Source: TPA_inf: Saccharomyces (taxonomy: Eukaryota). From it: DNA of 64,000 bases. Shown here one piece after another: positions 32,859 through 45,951 of the stretch. The stretch covers positions 800,001 through 864,000 of the forward strand of contig BK006938.2 of the NCBI GenBank assembly GCA_000146045.2. The letters run 5' to 3'. The notes below the pieces were generated by a model. The model made no database searches, was not told the DNA's origin, and saw only the letters and a program-made list of their open reading frames with translations. The first letter of the stretch is position 1. Each line of letters opens with the position of its first letter. The position numbers were made by a program, and so were the translations under genes.

Positions 32859-35492
32859 TTACCGGGCATTACCTCCTAATACCCATCCTCCCATGTTATC
32901 CATATCATCTTCGCCGTATAAATCCAGGGTGACGGCTTTTTTATAAACGGGTTTGGTGACTGTAGAATTCGAGTTTGAGTATTTCACTCCTTCAGTTGTT
33001 ACATCTGTAAAGCCTGCACTATCATTGTCATCATAGAGATTTAGATTGAAATTATTGGAATTTATACCAGTATTATTGTCGTTATCATTATCATTATAGT
33101 TATCATTGTCTGGGTGATTCGGTACTATTGTGCTATTAGTCGAATCGTTATCGTCCTCGCGTTCTTTGGGGAGAGATCCAGACATGATTTGGTCTTCTTC
33201 CTCGAGATTTAGTAACCTATGACTGGAATTGTTACTATTTTTAATGCTATTCGCCATCAACGCATCTGTAGGCGTTCTGGACTTGAAGTTTAGTGCCAAA
33301 CCATTCTTTTCCATGTTACCATTCATCAAGGTGCTAAAAAGGTTAACTGATGGTTGTCTTCTCAGTTCTTCAAATGACTTGTTGATCAAATTCTTCTCAA
33401 ATAGCAAGTTACTGTTTGAATTATTTCTCATTAGTAATGGAGATGCCTGTTGTGTATGTTGTGGAATTGGTGAATTCAAGAATTTTTGCTTCTTACTTGT
33501 GTCATTTAATAATTTGGAAAATGCGTTTGATACTGTAGACATGTCATTCAACGAGGAGTTTGAACTACTTGCGCTTGTAGAGGGCGTAGATATTCGGGAA
33601 ATAAATTCCGGAGGTATCAATCCATTACTAATAGAAGGAGCCAAGTTTCTGTTCATCAAAGATTTCCTTTTAATAAGCGTTGCAGACGATAGATTCTTTT
33701 TGTTGTTGATAGTGTCTGTCCCGTCAAAATCACCATCGTGCACGTAGACGTTAGTAAAATGGTTTGAAGAGGTCGATCTTTTAGGTGATGAAGCCCCTGC
33801 AGAATCGGGTTGTTGGCTGTTTGGAAATTTCTGGTTGAACGGCTTTTGCAGAGCAGGGTCCATTAAACTCAAGGACCTAAACCTACCCCTTGTTTCCTTC
33901 GAATTTTTTGCCATAGAATCTATTCCGGAGGATAACACGTCTGTGCTCGAACCAGAGCGGGACAAAATGCTTGGAGCGTAAAAGCTCAAACCTTCATCGT
34001 CACTCTCATCGTCATCGTCATCATCGTCATCATCGTCTTCATCATCATCATAGTTGTCTTCATTTCCACCTTCTTCATCATCGTAATTAAAGCCATATTC
34101 ATCTGCGTATGAGGTTCTATCCTGCTCTTGTTCCCCTCGTTCTTTTGTATAATCGTCATAATTATTATTGTTGTACAGGACAATTTCCTCATTCTTAGCA
34201 CGGTCTTGCACTTCGTTGATTTGGTTGTTTAACTCGTCATATACTAGTTCGTCGTTTGATGGTGTCTTTCCGTAGGGGAAGGGAGAAGGCGATCTGGACA
34301 TATTAGAACTAGAATAGGATTGTGAACGGGAATGTGGATGCAGATGCGATTGTAAATGCAGTGCAGTTCCCGAAGGCTGCTTGCGTAGGTTGGATTCCTG
34401 ACCAATAAGATTGTTGATTGACGTTGATGGGATAGTTGTGATGGATTCGTTCGTTTTGAACATATGTGCCCTGTTGGATTTTCTGTTGATAGACAACGAC
34501 CTAATTCTGACGGACTTGTCTTTATTGGAGGTTAAAACCGAGTTTTGAAAATTCAACAACGACGAAGAGTTTCTTTTCAAACTTGTGTTGCTCTGGTCGT
34601 CGCCCTTATCTTCGTTAACAGCATCTGAATATTCATGTAGCGCTTTTATTGATTCCTGGGAGATAAGGCTGGTGAGAGGGTGGTCTGACAACAAAGTCAG
34701 CAGTGCTTTTACCCCCGTGCTATTCGTGACAATAACTATGGAATCCAAGACAGTCTGGTCTTGCATGCTACCATTGCTCTGGTTTGAGCCGGTGAATTTC
34801 TCGTTCAACTTGGTGTAGTACTCTTTGAACGGGAGTGACTTGGAGTTCTGGATTGTCTTAGTGAAAGAACCAATATTCTGCCAATTAATGATTTTTAAAT
34901 TAAGCAGTTCTGCGTTCAGGAAAGTAGAAAACCACTTGAGAGAGGTGGGAGAAACGTTGATCTGGAAACATAGGTTTAGTTTCTTTTGAACATACAAGTC
35001 TTTGAAAGAATTAAACAATTTTTCAACCAAAAATCTTATGGTCTCCACGTAACGTAAAGACCCCGAAGACGACACCAGTACATTCAGATCAAACTTGTTT
35101 TCCGGTGTGCTGCGAGAGCTGATCAGACTTTTCAACTCCTCCCAAAACTTATCGTTATCTTCCGCAGTAGATGTGTTGGAAAAACTTTGCGCGATCGAAT
35201 TTCTAAGCCGATGCAGCTTAAACCGTTTATTCAGTCTGGAAAGCTTGTTATGAGTCATCTCATCGTTGTAGTAGTCGATCGTAGGGATATCTATGTAAAG
35301 TAGGATGTTAAGCTTCTTTAGCGAAGGGTACCGGTCCGCCAAAGACGCTTGTACCACTGTCTGCTGCATGTTGGAGTAAGTGATCAGAAACAGCGAGTCC
35401 TGTGACTTCACACTAACTTTTGGTGAAGTGGACTGGGCAAAGCGACGCTCATTAATGCTCGCGGCTGCTGCGTCCGTACCGACAGTGTCCAT
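32859..35492 (-). CDS. SND1: Large low-complexity protein, 877 aa (SRP-independent targeting component)
   Basis: MDTVGTDAAAASINERRFAQSTSPKVSVKSQDSLFLITYSNMQQTVVQASLADRYPSLKKL… 877 aa, with Asn/Ser-rich and poly-Asp (DDDEDDDDDDDDDDESDDEG) regions. Confidence 0.85.
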   Translation of the reverse strand: MDTVGTDAAAASINERRFAQSTSPKVSVKSQDSLFLITYSNMQQTVVQASLADRYPSLKKLNILLYIDIPTIDYYNDEMTHNKLSRLNKRFKLHRLRNSIAQSFSNTSTAEDNDKFWEELKSLISSRSTPENKFDLNVLVSSSGSLRYVETIRFLVEKLFNSFKDLYVQKKLNLCFQINVSPTSLKWFSTFLNAELLNLKIINWQNIGSFTKTIQNSKSLPFKEYYTKLNEKFTGSNQSNGSMQDQTVLDSIVIVTNSTGVKALLTLLSDHPLTSLISQESIKALHEYSDAVNEDKGDDQSNTSLKRNSSSLLNFQNSVLTSNKDKSVRIRSLSINRKSNRAHMFKTNESITTIPSTSINNLIGQESNLRKQPSGTALHLQSHLHPHSRSQSYSSSNMSRSPSPFPYGKTPSNDELVYDELNNQINEVQDRAKNEEIVLYNNNNYDDYTKERGEQEQDRTSYADEYGFNYDDEEGGNEDNYDDDEDDDDDDDDDDESDDEGLSFYAPSILSRSGSSTDVLSSGIDSMAKNSKETRGRFRSLSLMDPALQKPFNQKFPNSQQPDSAGASSPKRSTSSNHFTNVYVHDGDFDGTDTINNKKNLSSATLIKRKSLMNRNLAPSISNGLIPPEFISRISTPSTSASSSNSSLNDMSTVSNAFSKLLNDTSKKQKFLNSPIPQHTQQASPLLMRNNSNSNLLFEKNLINKSFEELRRQPSVNLFSTLMNGNMEKNGLALNFKSRTPTDALMANSIKNSNNSSHRLLNLEEEDQIMSGSLPKEREDDNDSTNSTIVPNHPDNDNYNDNDNDNNTGINSNNFNLNLYDDNDSAGFTDVTTEGVKYSNSNSTVTKPVYKKAVTLDLYGEDDMDNMGGWVLGGNAR

Positions 35493-36420
35493 CGTAGTGT
35501 AGGCTTCCCAAAATTTAGGATGTGATTAGTAATAGTGGTTGATTGCGAGCTCCGGGATGCGAGGGAGAGCGTGTATGTGTACTTCAAGTTCGCCAACTTC
35601 TCTCTTAAATAGAAAAAGAAAAGAAGAAAAAGGAAACGAAAAAAAAAAAAAGTAGGGAAAAGCTGAGTGATGAAGATCCGGGCTGCCAAGATTGGGTTTG
35701 AAACGTGTAGTCAGCTACAAACCAAAAATTAAAAGAACAATAGCAAAGAACCTTAGTAGGAAAACAATAAAATAATAGACACGACACCCGTAGAAAGATA
35801 GAACGGGACGAGGGGCCGGTTCAACAACTATCATACTTTCTTGTTCAACAACGCGATTAACCCAAATAATAAAAAAGCTACGAGACAAGAACAGACGAGG
35901 CAATACGAGCAACGAGCGCAACGAGAACGGTAAGCATGGCAACGGCGCGCACACCCACGCCCCGCAACCGCACACCTCAGCTCAAAGTAACCCACTTTAA
36001 CGTGACTGGACCTGAGCTGTCTGACTCGGTCGTTTGCAAATAGGTTAACGCCGTCGCTTCTCCCTTTCGTGTACCGTATATCTTTCTTTAATTGCATTCC
36101 CTTGTTGTGATTATCGTTTCCCATTGCAGTGAGCTTTCATTTTGGGGACCCTGGGAGTAGGCTGTTTTTCGATAGAGTGAGAGGTGTGGGTTCTGCGGCA
36201 GAATGGATACGGGCCGTGGATCACTGTTTACGGGAGTTTTGCTTTGGTGGCAAAATTTTCGCTCGGTGATGTGTTAGTAGTTGTTATTCTGGTAAGAAAC
36301 GAACGAAAGACGGAAAGGATTATGTATAACAGTGTATGTGTGCAGTGTGTGGAAAAGGTAAAGGTTAAGGGTGTGGAAGCAGTGAGAAGCAGAAGATTAT
36401 AATATAAGTAGAGTAGAAGC

Positions 36421-38061
36421 ATGTCATTGCAATTGTTGAATCCGAAGGCTGAATCGTTGAGAAGGGATGCGGCTTTGAAGGTTAACGTCACATCTGCTGA
36501 GGGCTTACAATCCGTCCTAGAGACCAACTTGGGCCCTAAGGGCACGCTAAAGATGCTTGTGGATGGTGCTGGTAACATCAAGCTGACCAAGGACGGTAAA
36601 GTGTTGCTGACCGAGATGCAGATCCAGTCGCCTACAGCGGTACTGATTGCTAGGGCAGCTGCCGCGCAGGATGAAATCACGGGCGATGGGACCACGACGG
36701 TTGTGTGTCTTGTGGGTGAATTGCTTAGACAAGCGCACCGTTTCATTCAAGAGGGCGTGCATCCGCGGATCATCACTGATGGGTTTGAGATTGCGCGGAA
36801 GGAGTCCATGAAATTTTTGGACGAATTCAAGATCAGTAAGACGAACCTTTCCAATGATAGAGAGTTCCTTCTGCAAGTGGCCCGGTCGTCGCTGCTAACC
36901 AAGGTGGACGCTGACTTGACGGAGGTCTTGACGCCCATTGTAACGGATGCGGTGCTAAGCGTGTACGACGCGCAGGCTGACAATTTGGATTTACACATGG
37001 TTGAGATCATGCAGATGCAGCACTTGTCTCCTAAAGATACCACTTTTATTAAGGGTTTGGTATTGGACCACGGTGGTAGGCATCCTGACATGCCCACCCG
37101 TGTGAAGAACGCGTATGTTTTGATTTTGAACGTATCTTTGGAATACGAGAAGACTGAAGTTAACTCTGGGTTCTTTTACAGTTCTGCGGACCAAAGGGAC
37201 AAGTTGGCCGCTAGTGAGAGGAAGTTTGTGGATGCCAAGTTGAAGAAGATCATCGACTTGAAAAACGAAGTTTGTGGCATGGATCCAGACAAGGGTTTTG
37301 TTATCATTAACCAAAAAGGCATTGACCCCATGTCTTTAGACGTGTTTGCCAAACACAACATCTTGGCTTTGAGAAGGGCCAAGAGACGTAACATGGAAAG
37401 ATTGCAATTGGTCACTGGCGGTGAAGCTCAGAACTCTGTGGAAGACTTGTCGCCTCAGATTCTTGGGTTTTCTGGCTTGGTCTACCAAGAAACCATAGGC
37501 GAGGAAAAATTCACATACGTTACAGAGAACACTGACCCCAAGTCTTGCACCATCTTAATCAAGGGCTCCACTCATTATGCCCTCGCTCAAACAAAGGATG
37601 CGGTGAGAGATGGTCTCAGAGCTGTGGCAAACGTTCTCAAGGACAAAAACATCATTCCAGGCGCTGGTGCGTTCTACATCGCCCTTTCGAGATACCTAAG
37701 ATCTGCCAACATGAACAAGTTGGGTGCCAAGGGTAAAACAAAGACAGGTATTGAGGCGTTCGCAGAAGCATTGCTGGTAATTCCAAAGACTTTGGTGAAG
37801 AACTCAGGATTCGACCCATTGGACGTGCTCGCAATGGTGGAGGACGAGTTGGATGACGCTCAGGATTCTGACGAAACGAGATATGTTGGTGTGGACTTGA
37901 ACATAGGTGATTCTTGCGACCCTACCATCGAGGGTATTTGGGATTCCTACCGCGTACTAAGAAATGCTATTACCGGTGCTACAGGTATTGCCAGCAACTT
38001 GTTATTATGCGATGAATTGTTAAGGGCAGGTAGATCCACTTTGAAAGAAACACCACAGTAA
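36421..38061 (+). CDS. CCT6: Chaperonin-containing TCP-1 (TRiC) zeta subunit, 546 aa
   Basis: [59 protein letters not shown]…[10 protein letters not shown]… (group II chaperonin motifs). Confidence 0.95.
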   Translation: MSLQLLNPKAESLRRDAALKVNVTSAEGLQSVLETNLGPKGTLKMLVDGAGNIKLTKDGKVLLTEMQIQSPTAVLIARAAAAQDEITGDGTTTVVCLVGELLRQAHRFIQEGVHPRIITDGFEIARKESMKFLDEFKISKTNLSNDREFLLQVARSSLLTKVDADLTEVLTPIVTDAVLSVYDAQADNLDLHMVEIMQMQHLSPKDTTFIKGLVLDHGGRHPDMPTRVKNAYVLILNVSLEYEKTEVNSGFFYSSADQRDKLAASERKFVDAKLKKIIDLKNEVCGMDPDKGFVIINQKGIDPMSLDVFAKHNILALRRAKRRNMERLQLVTGGEAQNSVEDLSPQILGFSGLVYQETIGEEKFTYVTENTDPKSCTILIKGSTHYALAQTKDAVRDGLRAVANVLKDKNIIPGAGAFYIALSRYLRSANMNKLGAKGKTKTGIEAFAEALLVIPKTLVKNSGFDPLDVLAMVEDELDDAQDSDETRYVGVDLNIGDSCDPTIEGIWDSYRVLRNAITGATGIASNLLLCDELLRAGRSTLKETPQ

Positions 38062-38391
38062 TAAAAAATAATAATAATAATAATAATAACAAGAACACGA
38101 ATACTAGTAGTAATAGTAGTCAGATACAAAAATTCTATGTAACATATTTTTTCCAGTCACTATCATCATCATCATATTTTGTATATATACATTTATTATA
38201 TAAAATATCATACCAATTTTTGCCAAAGAACACCGTTTCCCTCTTCGCGTTGACCACAGTAATTGCAGAAACGACAAAAAAAAAACAAAAAAAAGAAGCA
38301 CCATTCTAACTCAGCCTTTAATAACCTGACATGATAACTTATAATAGTCATTGCCAGTTGCTAAGTATCTTTGACCAAAAATCACAACATC

Positions 38392-40392
38392 ATGGCTGTG
38401 GAGGAAATTGCGTCCCGCAAGGACATTAGTTTAAGAGATATGCAAATCTCTGCCATATTAAAAATGCTGTTTTTAAATAAGGATTTGAACAACAACGACA
38501 ACATCACCACCATCACAGACGATATTTTTAACCAGCAGGAGATCATCTGGAAGGTGTTGATACTGGACATCAAGAGCACTGCTACCATATCTTCTGTTCT
38601 CAGAGTCAATGACCTGCTGAAAGCTGGTATCACCGTTCATTCCTTGATTAAACAAGACAGATCTCCCTTGCCAGATGTCCCTGCCATATATTTCGTCTCC
38701 CCCACAAAGGAAAACATTGACATTATAGTCAATGACTTGAAAAGCGACAAGTATTCTGAATTTTACATCAACTTTACCTCATCTCTGCCCAGAAACCTCC
38801 TGGAAGATTTGGCTCAACAAGTCTCCATCACGGGTAAATCTGATAAAATCAAACAAGTTTACGACCAATACCTGGACTTCATTGTAACTGAACCGGAACT
38901 GTTCTCACTAGAAATTTCAAACGCATACTTGACATTGAATGACCCGAAAACCACAGAAGAGGAAATCACGGGCTTATGCGCCAACATCGCGGACGGTTTA
39001 TTCAACACTGTCTTAACGATCAATTCTATCCCCATTATAAGAGCAGCTAAGGGTGGGCCTGCTGAGATCATCGCTGAGAAACTGGGTACAAAATTACGTG
39101 ATTTCGTCATCAATACCAATTCCTCCTCCACTTCCACTTTGCAGGGAAATGATTCTCTGGAAAGAGGAGTGTTGATTATTTTGGATAGAAACATAGATTT
39201 TGCCTCCATGTTTTCACATTCGTGGATTTATCAGTGCATGGTCTTTGATATTTTCAAATTATCAAGAAACACCGTTACTATTCCACTTGAAAGTAAGGAA
39301 AACGGAACTGACAATACCACCGCAAAACCATTAGCCACGAAAAAATATGATATAGAGCCAAACGATTTTTTTTGGATGGAAAACTCTCATTTGCCATTCC
39401 CAGAAGCTGCAGAGAACGTTGAAGCGGCATTGAATACGTACAAGGAGGAAGCCGCAGAAATTACTAGGAAAACTGGTGTTACCAACATATCAGATTTGGA
39501 CCCAAACTCGAATAATGATACGGTTCAAATTCAGGAAGTCGTAAAGAAACTGCCAGAGTTAACAGCTAAGAAAAATACTATTGATACACATATGAATATT
39601 TTTGCTGCATTGTTGTCACAATTGGAAAGTAAAAGTCTTGATACTTTCTTTGAAGTTGAACAAGACCCTGGAAGCACCAAAACAAGATCTAGGTTTTTGG
39701 ATATACTAAAAGATGGTAAGACAAACAATCTTGAGGACAAACTGAGATCGTTTATTGTTCTTTACTTGACATCAACGACAGGCTTACCAAAGGATTTTGT
39801 CCAAAATGTGGAAAACTATTTCAAGGAAAACGATTACGATATCAATGCTTTAAAATATGTTTATAAGCTAAGAGAGTTCATGCAATTATCAAATATGTCG
39901 TTACAAAATAAATCTTTGGAAGATGGATCCGATTCCGCTTTCAAACCAAGCAACTTAACATTATCCGGTATCTATGGCTTAACTGAAGGCAAATTACAAG
40001 GAGGTGTAGGAAGTTTAATATCAGGTATTAAGAAGTTACTGCCTGAAAAGAAAACCATCCCGATAACAAATGTTGTTGATGCGATAATGGACCCTTTAAA
40101 CAGCTCTCAAAAAAATTTGGAGACTACTGACAGTTACCTATACATCGACCCAAAAATTACAAGGGGTTCCCATACCAGAAAGCCAAAAAGACAATCTTAT
40201 AATAAGTCACTAGTGTTTGTAGTTGGTGGCGGTAACTACCTAGAATATCAAAACCTCCAAGAATGGGCACATTCCCAGTTGCATAATCCCAAAAAAGTCA
40301 TGTATGGTAGCACAGCCATTACCACACCAGCTGAATTCTTAAATGAGATTTCTCGCCTTGGCGCAAGTAATAGCAGCAACAACGATGCATAA
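38392..40392 (+). CDS. SLY1: Sec1/Munc18-family protein for ER-Golgi SNARE fusion, 666 aa. Start at the MAVEEIASRK methionine; the ORF-track start at 38371 is 7 codons upstream.
   Basis: MAVEEIASRKDISLRDMQISAILKMLFLNKDLNNNDNITT…WKVLILDIKSTATISSVLRVNDLLKAGITVHSLI… (SM-protein fold). Confidence 0.9.
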   Translation: MAVEEIASRKDISLRDMQISAILKMLFLNKDLNNNDNITTITDDIFNQQEIIWKVLILDIKSTATISSVLRVNDLLKAGITVHSLIKQDRSPLPDVPAIYFVSPTKENIDIIVNDLKSDKYSEFYINFTSSLPRNLLEDLAQQVSITGKSDKIKQVYDQYLDFIVTEPELFSLEISNAYLTLNDPKTTEEEITGLCANIADGLFNTVLTINSIPIIRAAKGGPAEIIAEKLGTKLRDFVINTNSSSTSTLQGNDSLERGVLIILDRNIDFASMFSHSWIYQCMVFDIFKLSRNTVTIPLESKENGTDNTTAKPLATKKYDIEPNDFFWMENSHLPFPEAAENVEAALNTYKEEAAEITRKTGVTNISDLDPNSNNDTVQIQEVVKKLPELTAKKNTIDTHMNIFAALLSQLESKSLDTFFEVEQDPGSTKTRSRFLDILKDGKTNNLEDKLRSFIVLYLTSTTGLPKDFVQNVENYFKENDYDINALKYVYKLREFMQLSNMSLQNKSLEDGSDSAFKPSNLTLSGIYGLTEGKLQGGVGSLISGIKKLLPEKKTIPITNVVDAIMDPLNSSQKNLETTDSYLYIDPKITRGSHTRKPKRQSYNKSLVFVVGGGNYLEYQNLQEWAHSQLHNPKKVMYGSTAITTPAEFLNEISRLGASNSSNNDA

Positions 40393-40603
40393 TTGGCATC
40401 TAGCCCCAATGACGATACACTAATATATATATATATATATATATCTATATATCTGCAAGAAATAAGCGTGTGTAGTAAGTAAAAGGAAAAATAGAAATTT
40501 TTGCTCAAAAATAACGGTCCCATTTTGATACAATGTTTTTGGTTTAGTGATTTGCGTAATATTTATTTTTATTTATGAAATGTGCTTTAGGCTTTCTTCA
40601 CTG

Positions 40604-42001
<1,398 letters not shown>

Positions 42002-42336
42002 TCAATTATTTTAACGTTCAAAATATTCAGGCCCAGAACTTAACAGCCTTCAATACGTACTCTTAAATGAATCCATCTCTTCTTCATCACCACGATGTAT
42101 CTTTTGTTTTGCCATATTCTTCCTTGAACAAAATTGAAAAATTTTAAAAAACCTCTCCATTACCCGCAGAGCACGTGAGCAAAAAATCAATTACGTTTCC
42201 TAAAAGGGGAAAACAGCAACTTTAGTGACATGTTAGAATATTTAGCAAGCAAGGTTGTGGAAAAGCTTAGGAATTACATACTTTAGAGCAACAACTGTAT
42301 TTTAAAACTGTAAATAATACTAAGCAGAACCACAAA

Positions 42337-43449
42337 ATGAAGCAAAAATTTGTACTACCGATCACCCCACCAAGTACGGCGGAAAAGAAGCCTCAAACAG
42401 AAAACCGTTGCAATGAGAATTTGAAGCCTAGAAGATTGCTACCGCAATTGAAAAAAAGTGTCCGTAACAGGAAACCTAGACTGTCATATAGGCCTGAGTT
42501 AAACTCTGTGTTTGATCTGGATGCGTACGTGGATTCGACACACTTGTCCAAATCCCAACGCCATCATATGGACCGCGACGCCGGTTTTATTAGCTATGCT
42601 CTGAATTATAGCAAAAGAATGGTTGTAGTCAGCGGGGCAGGTATATCTGTTGCCGCTGGTATACCGGATTTTAGATCCAGTGAAGGGATTTTCTCTACTG
42701 TGAACGGCGGCTCTGGGAAAGATTTGTTTGACTACAATCGTGTGTATGGCGACGAATCAATGAGTTTGAAATTTAATCAGTTAATGGTGTCATTGTTCAG
42801 ATTATCCAAGAATTGCCAACCTACAAAATTTCATGAAATGCTCAATGAGTTTGCTAGGGATGGCAGGCTATTGAGACTGTACACGCAGAATATTGACGGT
42901 TTAGATACACAATTACCTCATTTATCAACTAATGTGCCTCTGGCGAAGCCAATACCCAGTACAGTACAATTACACGGAAGCATAAAACACATGGAATGCA
43001 ATAAATGTCTGAATATCAAACCTTTTGACCCTGAACTGTTCAAATGCGACGACAAATTTGATTCTCGGACTGAAATCATACCGTCATGTCCACAATGTGA
43101 AGAATATGAAACAGTTAGAAAAATGGCAGGCTTAAGATCTACTGGTGTGGGCAAGTTGCGTCCAAGAGTAATTTTATACAATGAGGTCCACCCTGAAGGT
43201 GATTTTATCGGTGAAATTGCCAATAATGACTTAAAGAAAAGAATTGATTGTTTGATTATTGTTGGAACGAGTTTGAAGATTCCCGGAGTGAAAAATATTT
43301 GCAGGCAGTTTGCGGCCAAAGTCCATGCAAACAGGGGTATTGTGTTATATTTAAACACCAGTATGCCGCCTAAGAATGTGCTAGACTCTTTGAAATTTGT
43401 AGACCTAGTTGTACTGGGAGATTGTCAGCATGTTACCTCATTATTATAG
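42337..43449 (+). CDS. HST4: Sirtuin-family NAD-dependent deacetylase, 370 aa
   Basis: …RMVVVSGAGISVAAGIPDFRSSEGIF… with the Zn ribbon CNKCLN…CPQCEE and the core …LIIVGTSLKIPGV…. Confidence 0.88.
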   Translation: MKQKFVLPITPPSTAEKKPQTENRCNENLKPRRLLPQLKKSVRNRKPRLSYRPELNSVFDLDAYVDSTHLSKSQRHHMDRDAGFISYALNYSKRMVVVSGAGISVAAGIPDFRSSEGIFSTVNGGSGKDLFDYNRVYGDESMSLKFNQLMVSLFRLSKNCQPTKFHEMLNEFARDGRLLRLYTQNIDGLDTQLPHLSTNVPLAKPIPSTVQLHGSIKHMECNKCLNIKPFDPELFKCDDKFDSRTEIIPSCPQCEEYETVRKMAGLRSTGVGKLRPRVILYNEVHPEGDFIGEIANNDLKKRIDCLIIVGTSLKIPGVKNICRQFAAKVHANRGIVLYLNTSMPPKNVLDSLKFVDLVVLGDCQHVTSLL

Positions 43450-43568
43450 AAAGTATTTGTCCTACCAAAAAAGGTTGGAGATAAAATTAATGCATTTTTC
43501 ATTAGATATATATATATATTCATATATATTGTTTAAGTTACCATTTTGTATGTTTTTCTTTGACCTTA

Positions 43569-44861
43569 CTATGCAACCAATGCAGGTGGTGGAGGTATAT
43601 CAGGGACAAGGCCTAGTTCAAACTTGTTTGCTCTGAATATTTTCAGTGTTTCCTCTGCGAGATCGGCCAATTCTAGAATACCGTCCTTTTCAGAAGATAA
43701 CCCTTGAACAAATCTAATTTTTCCGGTGGCCGTATTAGCGTTGACATTAGTAGCATTCATCTGTTGTTGTCCAAATCCAAAAGAGGTTGCGTTACCATTG
43801 CTCTTCAAACTTATGTTCGGATCTGTGTTTGGCATTGTTTGCCCAAATGAAGGGTTCGATTGCGAGACTTTGTTGGCATCGTTTTGTGGTGTAATTCCGA
43901 ATGAAAACCCTTTATTACCAAAAGAAGATTGAAAGTTGCCATTGGTATTTTTATTGAGGTTAGAAGCAGAACCAAAGGTGCCCCCAGAACCTCCGCTAAA
44001 AGGAGATTGATTATTCGTCGTTCCGAATGCGCTACTGCCCACGTTATTGTTGTTGTTAGCTTTGGAGGTTGTAGTACCAAACGGCGAAGAACCAGCGCCT
44101 GCTCCGCTCTGTAGATTACTAAAAGGTGATTTGTTATTACTATTAGTTCCAAATGTGCCAAATGGGGATACTCCTGTCCCACTGCTTGTACTTGTATTTT
44201 GAATAGTACCAAATGGCGACTGGGTATTAGTAGCTGCGCCGAAAGTCGGTTTGCCAAACGCTGACGATGTAGATGATGCATTTTGTGATGCGTTTTGTTG
44301 CAGTGAACCAAAAGGAGAAGTTGTGGTCAAGGGCGTGTTTGACGCAGCACCAAATGCGGAGTTATTACTATTACTAACCGAACTAGAAGGGATAGCAGTT
44401 TTGTTCGCTCCAAAAGCTGGTTGACCAAATGCAGAGCCCATTGAGCCAGGACTTTTACCAAAAGGATTACTTGTCGCCGCCATAGCACCAAAACCTGTTG
44501 ATCCAAATGACGGTGCTCCAAATGCTGACGTAGTAGAAGGCGGATTAACATTGATGGGGGCGCTAGAACCAAATGCTGGTGCTCCAAATGCTGACGGTTT
44601 AGCCGCATTACTGGTGTTCCCAAAAGCGCTAATTGACGTATTGCCAGTATTGCCTGTATTGGTACCAAACTGGGGCATTCCAAATGCTGAAGTGGTGGTT
44701 CCTCCTGTCATTGTGTTTGCTGTTCCAAAACTAGGTCTTCCAAATGCACTTCCTCCCATGTTATTGGTACTAGCAGCATTATTTGTGAAAGGGTTGATAC
44801 CACTTGTATTAGAAAGATTAGGCTTAGCACCCGACGTGAATGGGTTACCGAAAGCTGACAT
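43569..44861 (-). CDS. NUP42: FG-nucleoporin, 430 aa (SAFG/PSFG/SPFG repeats)
   Basis: MSAFGNPFTSGAKPNLSNTSGINPFTNNAASTNNMGGSAFGRPSFGTANT… with dozens of xxFG repeats across the protein. Confidence 0.9.
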   Translation of the reverse strand: MSAFGNPFTSGAKPNLSNTSGINPFTNNAASTNNMGGSAFGRPSFGTANTMTGGTTTSAFGMPQFGTNTGNTGNTSISAFGNTSNAAKPSAFGAPAFGSSAPINVNPPSTTSAFGAPSFGSTGFGAMAATSNPFGKSPGSMGSAFGQPAFGANKTAIPSSSVSNSNNSAFGAASNTPLTTTSPFGSLQQNASQNASSTSSAFGKPTFGAATNTQSPFGTIQNTSTSSGTGVSPFGTFGTNSNNKSPFSNLQSGAGAGSSPFGTTTSKANNNNNVGSSAFGTTNNQSPFSGGSGGTFGSASNLNKNTNGNFQSSFGNKGFSFGITPQNDANKVSQSNPSFGQTMPNTDPNISLKSNGNATSFGFGQQQMNATNVNANTATGKIRFVQGLSSEKDGILELADLAEETLKIFRANKFELGLVPDIPPPPALVA

Positions 44862-45951
44862 TACAGTTGAGTCGTTGCTCGGGTCGAAATTTAATGATAG
44901 CTTGATGAGCTTTTGCGTTAAAGTACAACAGTTCAGTGTTATAGTACTTTAAACATTGTGCGCTCATCTATTGATTCACTATTTTTTTTCAAATACCTTG
45001 CACCCTCAGTCGGCGTGTTTCTTGATATGCAGAATTAATATATTTCTAGATGTCAGTATATTAAGGTTAGCCCTTTGAAACGTATTATGATGTCGTTACC
45101 TTCAGCGTCGTGGTTTAGGTTTCATGTCTTGTCCTCTCGCGAATACTTTTATTTCGAAGCTAATTTACTATATAAAGAAGGTTGAAATCGCATGATAAGC
45201 TAAACAGCGTAAATAGAATTGCCGGAGCAAAATTCGTATAAGACATAATTTCCCTCCAGGCCGTAGCCAGATTAATGCTCAGTACACTGTAAAGAATTTT
45301 TTGTTTATTTTTAAGATAAGACAAGATGTCATTGATATTATTGCTAGATCACTAACAAATGGTATTTATTGATTTTTCTTTCGCAGAGCGGCACTTTAAC
45401 TAGGATTTAATCATAAAAAAAAAAGTGATTGACACTGTTATTCAGTTCTGGACTATCGTATAGACTATTTTCATTGTTAATAGGCTCAGCTGTTCATAAA
45501 ATATGTGAAAATTTTTCAACGATTACCAAGCCCACGATTGTCTCGTTGGCAATATTCAGAATGAAGTTTTCGTAATATGGCTATGTCCGTGATCAATCGC
45601 CTAAGACACCCTGACTTTTCAAGTAAATTCTCAAAAGCTTTCTTCCATCCGTTTAAATAAGAATTACAATGTTAGAATTACTTTTCCTTTGAGAGGAGGA
45701 AGAGCGAAAGTAAGAATGGAGGTACCGGTCGTAAATAAGCATTGACGAATAAATATACCAGTAGGATCTTCGTATAGTTATCATTTTAAGAGAATAGGAG
45801 AAGAAAAAAAATTTTTGTTTAATATTTATATACTAGGTATTTACACGTGAAAGTATTGAATCAAGATGGGGTCTAAAATACAGGCGTCTTAATAGAGGAA
45901 TTGTTATTTAAAATACAACCCACATCTCTTGGTCCTCCTTTTTTATCTTTT

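Noticed and set aside
33986-34201. 71-aa ORF with MKTTMMMMKTMMTMMTMTM repeats
   Set aside because: This is an antisense reading of the GAT/GAC poly-Asp tract of SND1 (CATCAT… on the other strand). It is a compositional artefact.
36228-36746. 172-aa ORF on the minus strand overlapping the CCT6 start and upstream region
   Set aside because: It is antisense to and overlapping the highly conserved CCT6 5' end. Its composition is low-complexity (Ser/Thr/Leu-rich) with no recognisable domain. It is a typical 'dubious' overlapping ORF.
44551-44952. 133-aa ORF on the plus strand inside NUP42, and a 166-aa minus-strand ORF at 43811-44311 in an alternate frame
   Set aside because: Both lie entirely within the NUP42 FG-repeat coding region. 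Repetitive GC-poor coding DNA keeps alternate frames open by chance. The translations are hydrophobic low-complexity with no similarity to known proteins.
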